From the NCBI GenBank assembly GCA_965113315.1, contig OZ220365.1: DNA of 64,000 nt; one strand, written 5' to 3'. Every line of letters begins with the position of its first letter. Within the stretch, counting starts at the first letter, position 1. The DNA comes from Podarcis vaucheri (taxonomy: Eukaryota). Below the pieces are notes generated by a model. It saw nothing but the letters and a program-made list of their open reading frames with translations, was not told the origin of the DNA and did no database searches. Positions 51,258 through 64,000 of this stretch are shown one piece after another. Position numbers and translations under genes: made by a program.

Positions 51258-51737
51258 CTGAAAAATATGATAGAGTGGAATCATTTATTGTTCATTTAAT
51301 GCAATTTAACAAGGCTGGAGAAAATTATCGATTTGTGCCATAAGCTTGTCTGTTTTGCTAGACTAACAACTGACAGGCTATTTCAAATCCCACGGTTTTG
51401 GTCACAGAAATGTCCAGATCTCATTTTCTCCGTAGGAGGAATATTAGCGTGAAATTCCCCTAGCACTTGACTTGGCAACCTCTGAGGAATTCACTCGCTG
51501 TTTCCTTTTGCCATCTGAATGAATGAAAATAAAAATGCTGCTTCTCAGAGATGAATGCTAACTCCGTGCTAATTATAACAAGCATGAATGGAAAAATAAA
51601 AGATGAATGTAAATGACTTAGCTAGGACTCTCAAAAATAAAATGTTTTCCTTCAATGAAAACACATTTCTAAGAATTAAATGCACTCTTTGCTGACATAC
51701 CCATCTATTTATTTATTTTTGCTTAAGGAAAACTCAC

Positions 51738-51806
51738 CTGAAACTTCAAGGTTTTCTTGGTAGCTAAATTGATGTCCTTCTGTTTTCAATACTGGGCATG
51801 CAGTAG
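51738..51806 (-). CDS. COL19A1: Collagen XIX alpha-1, exon 3 (69 bp)
   Basis: ttcatag|CT ACT GCA TGC CCA...GTT TCA G|gtgagt; encodes (A)TACPVLKTEGHQFSYQENLEVS; phase 1-1. Confidence 0.93.
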
Positions 51807-52574
51807 CTATGAAAAAATAAAAAATGTCCTAAGCTTTATTTAAAAATATACAGACTGTAGTATTTTTCACTGCAATAAAAGTAATATTAGCATTGTAAAA
51901 AATAACACGATGTTTAAATGTAAAACTGCTGTTGTTTATTTATATAGAGTGCCATTAATGAGCCTGACACTAGGAAAGCACTAGGGTCCATTTCGGAAGA
52001 AGCAGGCTCACTCAGAGATGAATAATTTGGGTGTTTGTGCAATTATTAATACATGTTCACAGGGTTTAATTATATTAATCTTTGCTACCTCCGAGACTTT
52101 AGCAAGTAGTGGAAGAAAGACTGAGACATGCATAGTACTGCACAGGTGGAACAGAATTTATTTATTTTGTGGGTTGTCCCTTCTTCAGATGCTTCTTCTG
52201 TTATAAAAATTGGCTTATTCAAATAATGTTTTGTCCTCGCATATCTCTTCGTGAATTTTAACAGCTTTTGTGCATGTGTTTGCGTATACAGATATATTGT
52301 TTTCTTTGTTTTTTATTCAAGTCGTATGAGGCTGCATTATACCTTTACATCACATTACTTGTGACGAACTGAACAAGGATTATTCCAGAATGTGTCAGGC
52401 ATAAAATAATTTATTAAAATATCTGGATTTCCTTCCCCTCTCCCCCACTCCTACCATACACTTTATGGAGTAACAAGAAAATAACAGATCATCTTGAATA
52501 CCACTGACACAATTAAATCTGCAAAACTGGGGAAATGAATTTAGTATCAACGTCATGGAAGAAAAAATGATACA

Positions 52575-52816
52575 CAGTGGTACCTCGGGTTAAGTATTTA
52601 ATTCATTCCGGAGGTCTGTTCTTAACCTGAAACTGTTCTTAACCTGAAGCACCACTTTAGCTAATGGGGCCTCCCGCTGCTGCTGCACTGCCAGAGCCCA
52701 ATTTCTGTTCTCATCCTGAAGCAAAGTTCTTAACCTGAAGGACTATTTCTGGGTTAGCGGAGTCTGTAACCTGAAGCATATGTAAGCTGAAGCGTATGTA
52801 ACCCGAGGTACCACTG
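52575..52816. mobile_element. Tigger-like MITE (taacctgaag subfamily)
   Basis: CAGTGGTACCTCGGGTTA...TAACCCGAGGTACCACTG|TA; left TSD mutated to CA. Confidence 0.9.
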
Positions 52817-54882
52817 TACATTTTCAATAAGCTAAAAAGAATAAAAGAAAGCTCCTACAATAATATTCCTGTTCAGGGCTTAAGCCAATCTGGATCAAGA
52901 TTAGTCACGGGGTTCACAGGAGGAATGCCTCTGGAGTAAAGTGAGGAAGCATATCTTTAGATTTCCCATTCTCCTTGCTGTGCTAGACAGTGCTAAAGGG
53001 ATCAGTTTGGTGATTGGCTGCCAGCCGCAAACTTCAGCACTTTATTGCTAAATAGCAGACTTGAGTGGTTTGGGGGTGAGAAAGGGAAACTACAAGTAAC
53101 TCGCAACTTTTGTGCATTTAACTTGTGCTCATTTACCTTACGCACATGGCAAAAAATAAAATAAAAGAGGCAATAGGGTAGGGTGGGCATCCAGCAGTGG
53201 AAAAAACCTTTGGCAATTCCACCCACTGTTCTGATTACCGTATTTGTGATTTTGGCTTTATGCACTATCCCCAGAACGTAACCCCTAAGTAAGTTGAGAG
53301 TTGCCTATATACTCAATATTTTATTGAATGATGCAATCTAAAGTGTGTTCCTAACACAATAAAATGTTGACTTGTAATGTCACTCAGTAAGACAAAGCAC
53401 AAACATGGCCATGAAATAGCAAACAATTCAATTACAGTGGAGGATTAAGTACAGGCTTAGCTATCTCACTGAAATAAAAAGGAGCGAAAAACTGTTGAAA
53501 TCTGAGTTAACATCAACAAATATTTAGTATTAATTTTAAATTGTGTTCTCCCCTTAAAAATATAGTAAAGCATTTGAAGTAAGAATAAAAGCAGCTAAGT
53601 GGATCACAGGAGAAATAGCCAAACATAATTTACTGTGAAGACAATTGCTGTCAATGATGTTGTGTTAACATTCAACATTGCTTTTGGAGAAAACATTAAA
53701 TAATATAATAAAGGTTTGTTACAAAAACTACCTCGTTAAGTTATTTTACAACAGGGGTTGTTTCAAATATGCCAACACTCTCCTATAACAGCGTTCCAAC
53801 CTATGATTCGAATTCAGTTTGAAATAACTTCTTTTTAAAAAGGCAAAGTGTTCCAACATATAATGCTAATTCACAATTTGAAATCACTTTGTTTAATGAT
53901 TAGCCTAACAAAACAGGCTACATTAAATTAACTTTTGAGGATTTAATGATCAGTATTCTACTATTATATAAAAACAACTCCTCAACATGTCAGTTTTCAA
54001 AGATATTAACCCCTATATACATGAATCTCAAAATCCAGACTGGGGGCACTGATCCTACCCAGGCCTTTTAAGAGCTCAGACTGCAATCCTATACATGATC
54101 AATGGTCTTTCTTCCAAGTAAATATGCATAGGGACATGCAGTCAGTTTCCCCTGCCTATTCACGTTCATAGTACTAATTCACACTTCTTATTTTGCAGCC
54201 AGACGACAGCACATTCCCCACACCAACAGGGGAGTCACACACATGCAATTCTGATGTAAGAGCCAGGATCTCAGTGGCTGTGATTTGCAATTCTACAATC
54301 ACATTACCACAGCAGCATGGTTTTGGCACTCACTCATAACATTGCTCTCACGTGTTGCTATGAGAGAGAGAAAAGTTGCTGAAGAAAATATGTCAGTCAA
54401 TGCTTAAGAGGCATTATATATTAATTCTATAGATATTTCCATGTCTAGTCTGTGCACAGACTGACACTTACTATCTGACATTACACCGCCACAACAATTT
54501 TCAGCATCAAAATATTGCTTGAAGGAGCGGCCACCTGAGAACCATTTGAGTCAACGGCTGGCCTGCTAATTTAGCGCAGATGGAATCTGTATTGAATTTA
54601 AAATGTGAAGCCCCTACGAAAGAGTGCCAAAATAATATTAGCAGGGACTTTCCAAAGTGTCACAAGGTGCAAAGGGATGAGGTACAGCATAGCAGAATGT
54701 GATTAATGAATTCCAAAACCAAAAGAGGAAAAAGTTGCATTGAAAATGGCAAGTATTCCAGATGTTTCCACATTCTGGAGGTAAACAGAAATTAAACATC
54801 TAGAAGAGATCGCTCTTTCCTGTTTTAAATTTGGGCTTCCCCAAAAAAAATTTTGGGGGGGGAGACAGAATGCTGGAGGTTT

Positions 54883-56032
54883 TCATAGAATCATAGAGTT
54901 GGAAGAGACCACAAGGGCCATCGAGTCCAACCCCCTGCCAAGCAGGAAACACCATCAGAGCACTCCTGACATATGGTTGTCAAGCCTCTGCTTAAAGACC
55001 TCCAAAAAAGGAGACTCCACCACTCCTTGGCAGCAAATTCCACTGTCGAACAGCTCTTACTGTCAGGAAGTTCTTCCTAATGTTTAGGTGGAATCTTCTT
55101 TCTTGTAGTTTGGATCCATTGCTCCGTGTCCGCTTCTCTGGAGCAGCAGAAAACAACCTTTCTCCCTCCTCTATATGACATCCTTTTATATATTTGAACA
55201 TGGCTATCATATCACCCCTTAACCTCCTCTTCTCCAGGCTAAACATGCCCAGCTCCCTTAGCCGTTCCTCATAAGGCATCGTTTCCAGGCCTTTGACCAT
55301 TTTGGTTGCCCTCCTCTGGACACGTTCCAGTTTGTCAGTGTCTTTCTTGAACTGTGGTGCCCAAAACTGGACACAGTACTCCAGGTGAGGTCTGACCAGA
55401 GCAGAATACAGTGGCACTATTACTTCCCTTGATCTAGATGCTATACTCCTATTGATGCAGCCCAGAATTGCATTGGCTTTTTTAGCTGCCGCGTCACACT
55501 GTTGGCTCCTGTCAAGTTTGTGGTCAACCAAGACTCCTAGATCCTTTTCACATGTACTGCTCTCAAGCCAGGTGTCACCCATCTTGTATTTGTGCCTCTC
55601 GGTTTTTTTGCCCAAGTGCAATACTTTACATTTCTCCCTGTTAAAGTTCATCTTGTTTGTTTTGGCCCAGTTCTCTAATCTGTCAAGGTCGTTTTGAAGT
55701 GTGATCCTGTCCTCTGGGGTGTTAGCCACCCCTCCCAGTTTGGTGTCATCTGCAAATTTGATCAGGATGCTCTTGAGTCCATCATCCAAGTCGTTGATAA
55801 AGATGTTGAATAAGACCAGGCCCAAGACAGAACCCTGTGGCACCCCACTAGTCATTCTTCTCCAGGATGAAGAGGAACCATTGATGAGCACCCTTTGGGT
55901 TCGGTCAGTCAGCCAGTTACAAATCCACTGAGTGGTAGCATAGTCAAGTCCGCATTTTACCAGCTTCTTTACAAGAATATCATGGGGCACCTTGTCGAAT
56001 GCCTTGCTGAAATCAAGGTAGGCTACATCCAC
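54883..56032 (-). mobile_element. CR1 LINE, 5'-truncated, young; ORF2 reverse-transcriptase/C-terminal part plus 3' UTR
   Basis: 346-aa ORF with [44 protein letters not shown] and LEKRRLRGD motifs; 3' end with (ATTCTATG)-type tail at 54883-54900; frameshift near 55020. Confidence 0.97.
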
Positions 56033-56154
56033 TTTATAATGGGGAGAGAAGAAGAAGAGGGAGTCCTATTGTACAACACCGGATGTCACTTTCTGTTGTC
56101 AGGAAATTTTGGTTGGTTTTTTTCTTTTATTCTTTAATGTTGGTTTAATTATTA

Positions 56155-56762
56155 TGTTGTGAGTTCAGGGGTGCCCCCACTAAATTCCTGGGTGCAGTAG
56201 GAGTTAGAATTTAAGCAATGCTTGGAGTTGTAGCCTGGGGGCCAGACATGCGATTTAGCGAATGTTAAAATATAAGACAGACCAACATAGCAAGTTCAGG
56301 AAATCGCCTGGGAGATGAGCCATCAAGGAAAACAAAAGGAAATGATGGCCTATGAAGAAAAGCCAAGGAGAGGGGACTCTATGGCATATGGCTCTTGGGA
56401 GGGGCCCTTCCCCCAGCTCTGGGATAGTTAGGAGAATTTTTTTAGGGCTGCAGTTGGGGATGATGTGGGCTAGAGGGAAATGTTCCAACCTGTAGGTGTC
56501 AGCAACGGGGGAGGACAGCATGCTTGTTTCCTCTTTGGAATCCGAGGCAGCAGATATGGCAGAAACAGGAACCTCCAGGGATGTCAATGCTGAAAGCCCC
56601 ATAACTGTAGGCTCGGGTTGTATATTTGTATAAATAAACCATATTTAATAAAGTCACCACAGTCTCCACTGTGTCTCATTTCCAAAGGGAACACAAATCC
56701 CGGTTGAGCACACAGACTCCCTGCAATCTCACACTGCTCTGAGATTGGGCTCGCATGTAACA
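56155..56762 (+). mobile_element. Solo LTR-like element
   Basis: TGTTG...TAACA ends; AATAAA in the 3' third; homologous to 21188-21904; TSD imperfect (ATTA/ATAT). Confidence 0.65.
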
Positions 56763-59700
56763 ATATCATATTATAATGCGGTTTTCTGTAAGCCACCTAG
56801 GAATTTTTACTGATGGGCAACCACATATATTTATTGGATTTATATGGCAAATACAATTTATATTAGTAAATAAAATGTTCATTACTTATGGGCTAATTTA
56901 ATGCAGCCATTTCCAAGGGAATGGGGAAAACACTGAAGCAAACATTGATCAATAGCTCTGCTCATGTGTTTACTTAAATGAAGGGGAGTCACAAGTTTGA
57001 AGAAGCTGTGATGTGATCAAGGTTCCAAGTTCTGGGAAAGCCTACGTACATAGGCTTCCCCTCTTCAGATGCATAAATAATTTTATTTGCATGGCACCAT
57101 TCAATAGTTAAAACCAGTGCTTTTTAAAGAAAGATGGGTACATGCAACACTTTTAACATTTGGGAAAAATAAATAAAATATTAATCAGCCAAATTAAACA
57201 GTTGTTACCTAAATCATAATCAGATCTTCAGTACACAATAAATTAATATCAGAAACAGCAGCAACAACCCCCCAACGAACCCCCCTAAACAATATCCCAT
57301 CCCAAGAACCTAATGAATGGATGGCAGAACAAGGAACGATGTGTATCACTGGAGCCAGAAGCATGGTTCCAGAGCTCTTTTAGTCACATGATGCCACTTC
57401 ACATGAGTAGCACATGAAGGAAGCTATTGTTGAAGAATTATCCAATGACATTAGCATCCTCTTCTTTTTTATCTATGGAGTAGCCCACGTTTAGAAACAA
57501 AAGTAAGGCCATGTCAGATTGTATCCTAGCTATTTTGAGATACTTAGCTTGTTTTGCGTGCGGGTGTGTCAAAATTCCACAGAGAAGGTATATAATGAGC
57601 AGAAATCACGACATTGTTTAAGTTGAACTGAATCTTTTCAACATGCTCCCATGTTTCCATGGCCATCCTCTGCTCTGTTCATTGTGCAAGAACCTCTCTG
57701 CTTCCACTTATTAAGATTCCCTCCATACACTCTGTAAATGTTCTCTAAAGCCTGACACTGTGTTCATATAAATATGCTTTCATCCTTGAGCTCATCGTTT
57801 TAAAAGATGAACTCTAAATGAAAGAAAGATGATGCTACTGTCACTTGTGCCCAAGTATCAGCCCATCTACTGTGAAATACTCTTTCGTCTAAGCCTCTCC
57901 CCGCATCTTGCTTGTCTCCTATTCTACTCTCTAGAAGGCGTGATAGCCTCACTCCGACTTTTGAGCACGCCAGGTTCTGTTCTGTCTCCACTATTTCTCT
58001 CCCTCCTAAAGCCCTTCATCTAACCTCATCAAAGCTATTCTCCCAGTACCATGGAGAGGACTAGATCAGGTGACCAGGGCTACAACATAGCTGCTTAGTG
58101 CATCCCACCAGTAACCATGTGAGGGTTGTGCCATCCACGTGGTTGTGCCTCTAGCCACATGGTTGTTATTATAGCCCTAATAATTATTATACCTCAATGA
58201 ATATTAAACAACAACAATGAAATGGAGGAGTTACCATAAGCTTGAGGCTACAGAATATGGCCTTTCAGTTCCGTTGCAGAATCTGACCTTTATTTGAAAG
58301 TCTCTGATGAACTGGGCTTAGAAAGCAACAAAAGTGTGGACCACACACTGTATGTTCCACAACACTTAAGCAATAAGAGCTTTGGTCTATTGCAAGACCC
58401 TGGCACGTTAACATTAAATTATACACACTTCACTGAGCAATTTTCAGAGGAAGAATTTTTTTTTGGGGGGGGGGGGTATTTTTTGTTATTGAATCATCAC
58501 TGCCTTTTTCAACTTATTTTTTATTCTGCATCCCATACATGACTACAGCCAACATTTTTTAAAAATAACATGGTAGAATGCAAGGAGTTCTTAAAAGCTG
58601 GTAAGTGCTCCTTTTTTAGTTGTGTTTTAAATATACATAACTCTGAGCTACAACAGTCAAGAGGCCATGAGGGGGGGAAATACTGGGTCCTAGAAAAGAC
58701 TGTCATTCATGTATCCCTCCCTCACTTCATTTGCTCCAGTTCTACACTCACCACACAAATATATAATGCAGGGATCACTAAACTGTGTGTCTCTTCTCCA
58801 TAGAGAAAATAGCTGGATGCACAATCTATATCCTGGAATCTGTAAGTGCCAAAAGATAGAGAAGATATGCCCCATTTGCAGCTGGAGGGCTCATTGTCTT
58901 TGCCTTTTAAGACCAGGAGAGGAGGGGGGAGAACAGCTATCTTAAGACCTCTGTTGGAAAGAGCAATATGGCTGCATTGTCTCTGCTATGCATCCTGACT
59001 AACACAAGAACAGTCACACTGTGTGCCTCTACCTGCCGCCACAGACCGTTGCGTTGCACCATTGTGCCAACCAGTGTGGGCAGGAGAAAGCACATATTAA
59101 ATGTTGGCATTCGATTAAGTTTAGCCTTCCAAGCAAAATATTTAGAACTACCATATCATAGGCTGCACTTTACATCTATGCAAGGCTGTCCTGAATCGTC
59201 TGCCGCTAGGCCATAAATAGAGTGTGAGCTGTAAGAACTGAAAGTCCTGGGAACATTAACTTTTACATGACACACAATGTGAGGAGTTCAACTTGTGTAC
59301 AGTCAGTGTCTGAGTACACTACTGAGTAATTCTAAATGTAAATGCCCAAACGTACATGAATAGTCCCAGTGAAGTAACTAGAGGAATTATTCATTGTGCT
59401 GCTTTAAGAATAAAAATGAATTCGAATTATTAGAAGGAAATTACCTCAGTACAGTTGTGGGAGTTGTGAGATTTCACATGCAACTGAATGCCATACAATA
59501 AGATTTCAGTTACACAATATTTTTAAATAAAAGAGAGAAGAATTTTCACTCTAAGTGTTACACTTGTCAGGTTTTAGGGGAAACAAAGCATGTGAGGATG
59601 ACGTTCATTTTACCATTGGGGAGAATAGATTGAAAGGACAGGTTCTTGTACATTTGAGAGTTTTGCAGAAGAGAGAATGTTGTCCTGTCCAGCTTGTCAT

Positions 59701-62700
59701 GCAGGGATGATAAACAGCATTTGCCGACATTCCTTCTTCCACAGAACTAAAGGAGCTTTGCCCTAATTGCAAGTGATTTCTTTTCTCTTTCTCTTTCCTA
59801 TACATTTTCTCTGTTAATCAGTCTTTCTGCTTTTCCTCTTTTAAAAAATCGCCCTAAACAACAATGGCAACAAGAGAACGGTAGAACTGCTACTGGGTTC
59901 CAACAAACCAATTAAAAACTGCAAAACTGGAGAACATTTTTGCAAACTCAAGTGGTGTTTGAATAAAAATTCACATGTCTAAAATTCTGACCAGAAGCTA
60001 ATATATTGCTAATATGCTCTTTGTCAGAAATCTAGGATTCCATAGGGAAGTTACTGAGACCTTCTGAATCTCTATAGTTAGAATTGGAACACAATCATGG
60101 CCTCCCCTAAAGAATTCTGAGAACTGAGAACTTCTAAGAGTGCAGAGAGTTATTAGGAAACCCTTCATTACCATTCACAGCATGCTTAACAAACTACAGC
60201 TCCAAGGAAGTGGTATAAGGGTGCTTCAAAGGTATGGTGTGGATGTGACCCTGAATTAGTCCCTACCATTCGCAGCAACGAGCCAGCTAAGCATAGTCAT
60301 CATGACTAACAGCACATGCCCATGGAAGTTTGCTCCAAAGTAAGCCCCACTATGTTCAATGGTACTTACTTCCAGGTAAGGATGCAAAAGACATCAGCAC
60401 ATACCACTGAAATCAACGGATTTAAGTAAGTTGCACCTACTATCTTCCATTGATTTCAATGGGAAGTACCACCTGATATTATTTATGCTTACTCGGTAAT
60501 ACAGCTCACTTAGTTCAGTGGGATGTATTTGGACATAAATGTGCACAGGATTGCAGCCTTAGTCCGTCAAGACTAAGGGCTCGCCCACACTTCTGTTTGC
60601 CCTATGATTTCTAGGCAAAGGTCTGAGAAGTCTTTCATTTGTGCTGCCCCAGAAAAACCCACTGTTTTATCACTGAATGAGAACATACATCAATCGGGTT
60701 TTCTGTGGATTGATGCGGCCAAAAGAAAAACCCCTTGGAAGTGTAGATGGCACCCATCTGTAGGAAGATTAGGATTGTAGTAGAATGATGCCCATAATAG
60801 GAATTTCGAACACATTTCGAACAGCAATAATCACTAAGGATTTTTTTTTAAACGGACTTGTGTACAATTAAAATGTATAAATTAGCACTTAAAACTCTTT
60901 ATGGCCCTGCCAACAGAGAAATCCTATGAATCCAGTGAAAACATAAATGTTCCTAAACAACCTTAATCCCTGAAAAGTCAACGAATAAAACAATTACAAG
61001 AAATAACTCATTTTTAGTCTAACACATGGCTGTTGACAGCTCCGTGAGCTTCAGTATTGTAACCCAATCCTCTCTTTTAGATTTGTTAGATTTTATTTTT
61101 AGAAGTAATCACTTCCCTCCAGTAAATGGCTTTTATACCAGCAGTTCTGCACCAGTGAAAACTGAAGGGGAACATTGCTATGAACCAAAAAGCTATCGGC
61201 ATATGCCCAGGCAGGCTGCTGCAAGCGTAACCAGCATAATCTGCCGCTCTGCAACATCTCTTCTTCTCCCCCAACCCCATCCCCAGCCTTGCCATTTCCT
61301 TAATTAATACAATATTAGCTAATTAAATGAAGTCATTCCCCAGGCTCATTCAGGATACTAAGCAGAAAGCAAACCTTACTTCTTCCTTCATAACAGCCCA
61401 CACATGTAATCTCTCTCTTTTCTTTAGCGTGAGTAATTGCCTTCATATTTCAGTATATGCCACTTTAAAAATCAAGGTTAATTGGGAGCTTTCTGTGAAG
61501 TTCCAAGTGTTCTGAGAATCATTTCAATGCAATTAGACCATTGTGTGCGATGTGTAAGAGTCTCAATCCAAAACAGCCATGGATCCAAGGAGAAGCAAAC
61601 TCAGCACTATAGGATCATCTAAGATTCTAAGGAACGAGGAGGCAGCAGGGAAGGGACAGAGACATAAGGGGATCCTAAGAAAGCAGACTCAAAAGGAAAT
61701 CCAAAGGTGTAAAGAGTTCACTTTTCACTGAATAGTGGTGCAAAAAGAAACTTCAGTAGAATGAGGTGCTTAGAGATTTAGCTCTCCTTTGATATGCCTA
61801 CTTCAGCAGTTTCTCTTGGCATAAATAACTTTGACTCTTTTCATTATTTTATGCTGAACCAGAAACATTTTGCCTCTCAAACCTCCATCCTCTGCATTTT
61901 GGCTCAAAAACTTGTAGATACTTTAAGGCCTATGTTACGGTGGACAGCAGAAATGGGGAAGGTGCAGGGTCTCAATATTGTTTTTAGATATTTTTGTTTA
62001 TAGTGAAGGGTCACTATTCAGCATCAGTGGTGGACTGCTAACGTTCTCTGGTGAATTTTGTCATTCTTCATTTCTGATAGTCATTTCTGATAGTGCTGAT
62101 CACCTGAGACCCTGAAAAACAAATAGTCTGTGCATTCAACCATCCAATTAAGGATATATTGCATCCAGAACTTTGTAACTTCACACCTGAAAAGGGCAAG
62201 GGAAGGATATGGTAGGTTCACTGGGTAGTTTGCTTTCCATTTCTCTCAGGAGCTGAGATCAGCGAGTCTTGAGGAGGTTTTGCTGCCTTAAGAGTTTAGG
62301 AAAGAGACTGTAATGCAAGGTTTGCTTATCCACAGTTCTTGCTACCCTTCAGCACATTTGTAATCACTTAGCACTTATTGCTGGTATTTCAAGATGCTTG
62401 GAGGTTTCGCTTAACACTGGACTCCTTCTGGTCTAAGAAAAATAATTCTTAAAAATATCTTATATTAAATTTTAGCATTTAGATGGGATAGCTCATACCT
62501 TCCACCTTTTTGTATGGGTTATATGAACAACGTTGCAAACTGAAAATCAATCCCATTTCTTTTTTCTATTCAAAAAGTGTTGTTATTTTGTCCACGTGTA
62601 AATCAGTAAGATTCTCTCCTACAACATTTGATGTAGATGTCTTAGGACTCAGCTACGCTTTTGTTCATCCCGTGATTTAAAGTCATGGGTCAATCCGCAG

Positions 62701-63945
62701 AAAAGCGGATTGATGCTTGTTCTCATTCAGCAGTAAACAACAGGTTTTCCTGGAGAAAGCAGCAGAACCAAAGAAAAAAGAAAAAAAGTCCCATCGGACC
62801 TGTAACTTGAAATCATGGGGCAAGTGTGGATGTGCCCTCTCTGGGGTCATTCTGAATCATCCCACCTGGTGTTGCAGACTGAGCACCAGTGAACTATCAA
62901 AATACAAATGCAGTCTATGTCCAGTCCTCAGAAACTGCCAGGTCAACATTTGATGAAATACAACTAAACCAGCTGTTTCTGCAATTACAAAAACTGATTT
63001 AATCCTCAGAAGATGACAACTATCTTGATGATTTTAAGAGGCAGATGGTCCAAAAGTTTTGTGAGGGCCAAGGTGAGCAGCAGCAGAGAGATGTATAAGT
63101 GGAAGGGCAGCAGGTTTATATGTGTTTTTTGCAAGGAAAAAAATCAAACAGATGGAAGGAAAAAATAGCAAAGCAGCAGAAGTTACAAAGTACTGTGAAA
63201 AGTGTTTCTTCTTCACCTTATATAACTTTTCCTAGGAACGTTTTTTTTGTGTCATAGCACATACAAATTATTAGACAAGCAGTGATCCAGAGAAAGGCTA
63301 GTGAGGTTCCTAAGCACATTTGCTTCTTTGAAGAACAGGCCCATTCATGTCCTTACATTCACTGATTTAAATTGCCAATCTCATGCACAATTGCATGGAA
63401 GAAAATTCCATTAAAAGCAATATGACATTCCCATCTAAGTATCGTCAGGATCATGGTGCAGGACATATAGAACCAAGCAAACCAAACTGCACTCATGACT
63501 GTGCTCTGTTTCAAAGCCCAGGGCTGGGTTCTTTTTCAATATGTAACTTAAGAAAATGAGGAAGTATCAGTAGCAGCACAACATAACTGTAAACGATTGC
63601 AAGCTCATTCCAAATGTAGACTCCTGTGAGTGGACAGGAAATGGAAATATTGCTGTTAGATACCTTGGGGTGGAAACATCTTTTAATAGAGAAGTTTAAT
63701 TAAATACTTTCCAGATTAGCTTCCAAAGCTCCATTAACCCTCCATGCATTTCGTTGTACATGCACTTTCCATGTGGTGGTTGTATTATGCAGAGAGTACA
63801 ACTTTCTACATAGCTGTACCTGCCCTCGAAAAGCCTTCTGTGCCTCTGTACTTTGCAAACGACTGGACTATTCTCTCAAAAGCAACAATATCACCCTGAC
63901 AAAGTTTCTGTGCCTAATTAGAAAGGAAGAGGAATAAAGAAATAC

Positions 63946-64000
63946 CTGTTTTATCAGTGACTGCTATAGAATGAGAGACTGGAAGAAGGATGGCCAACCC
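63946..64000 (-). CDS. COL19A1: Collagen XIX alpha-1, exon 2 (3' part; signal peptide end), truncated by window edge
   Basis: Minus strand reads GLAILLPVSHSIAVTDKT plus one G, then donor CAG|GTATTT. The phase-1 end matches the next exon. Similar to human ...IFLLPASTSVTVRDKT. Not in the ORF track. Confidence 0.88.

Larger units (their letters stand above)
3084..64000 (-). other. COL19A1: COL19A1 gene body (partial; exons ~2-10, continues beyond both window edges)
   Basis: Nine exons join in frame into ...GLAILLPVSHSIAVTDKT/ATACPVLKTEGHQFSYQENLEVS/GFDLTQSFSLRQTSCGVGKPCFKLGNAPLIRDS/QKVFPNGIPEEY...FDRQWHKLGISVQS...DGKPVD/IEVGRMIIYC...AQETCCELS.../GEAGVPGVPGLPGQKGEK/GEEGAKGENGTPGFPGEK. This is colinear with human collagen XIX as I recall it (LLPASTSVTVRDKT, CPILRIEGHQ, FDRQWHKLGISIQS, AQETCCEIS, GEAGLPGAPGSPGQKG). 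Confidence 0.95.

Noticed and set aside
55452-55931. Plus-strand ORFs of 76-81 aa
   Set aside because: Antisense frames of the CR1 ORF2.
41447-62095. Short local tandem duplications (about 41450-41485, 42518-42560, 62069-62094)
   Set aside because: Ordinary 13-21-bp slippage duplications with no further structure.
63034-63216. Hydrophobic minus-strand ORF as a candidate signal-peptide exon
   Set aside because: The real exon 2 is at 63946 onward with the matching LLP...DKT motif and correct phase; this ORF has no similarity to collagen XIX.

Overview
Vertebrate (squamate reptile) genomic DNA, most likely a lacertid lizard, judged from its Sauria and Squam3-type SINEs. The whole window lies inside the minus-strand FACIT collagen gene COL19A1 (collagen XIX alpha 1). 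I could reconstruct nine consecutive coding exons with canonical GT-AG borders and consistent reading phase, numbered by analogy to human: the 3' part of exon 2 (signal peptide, cut by the window edge), exons 3-8 (NC6/TSPN domain and linker) and exons 9-10 (first two 54-bp Gly-X-Y exons). About 98% of the window is intron. The introns are dense with TEs: a young 5'-truncated CR1 LINE, older CR1 and L2 fragments, three Sauria SINEs, a Squam3-type SINE, four to five solo-LTR-like elements, nine TA-flanked Tc1/mariner (Tigger-like) MITEs, several hAT MITEs with 8-bp TSDs, and Harbinger-like hairpin MITEs. There are also microsatellites and one 136-N gap. Almost all ORFs in the supplied track are spurious. 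I found no evidence for a new gene or operon-like system. The most interesting leads are: MITEs carrying housekeeping-promoter motif cassettes; a hAT MITE resembling horizontally transferred tetrapod families; a microsatellite-extended acceptor on frameshifting exon 5; a possible intron-8 polyadenylated TSPN-only isoform; inverted TE pairs around exons; and a 53-bp templated duplication. Family names and human comparisons are from memory, not from database searches.
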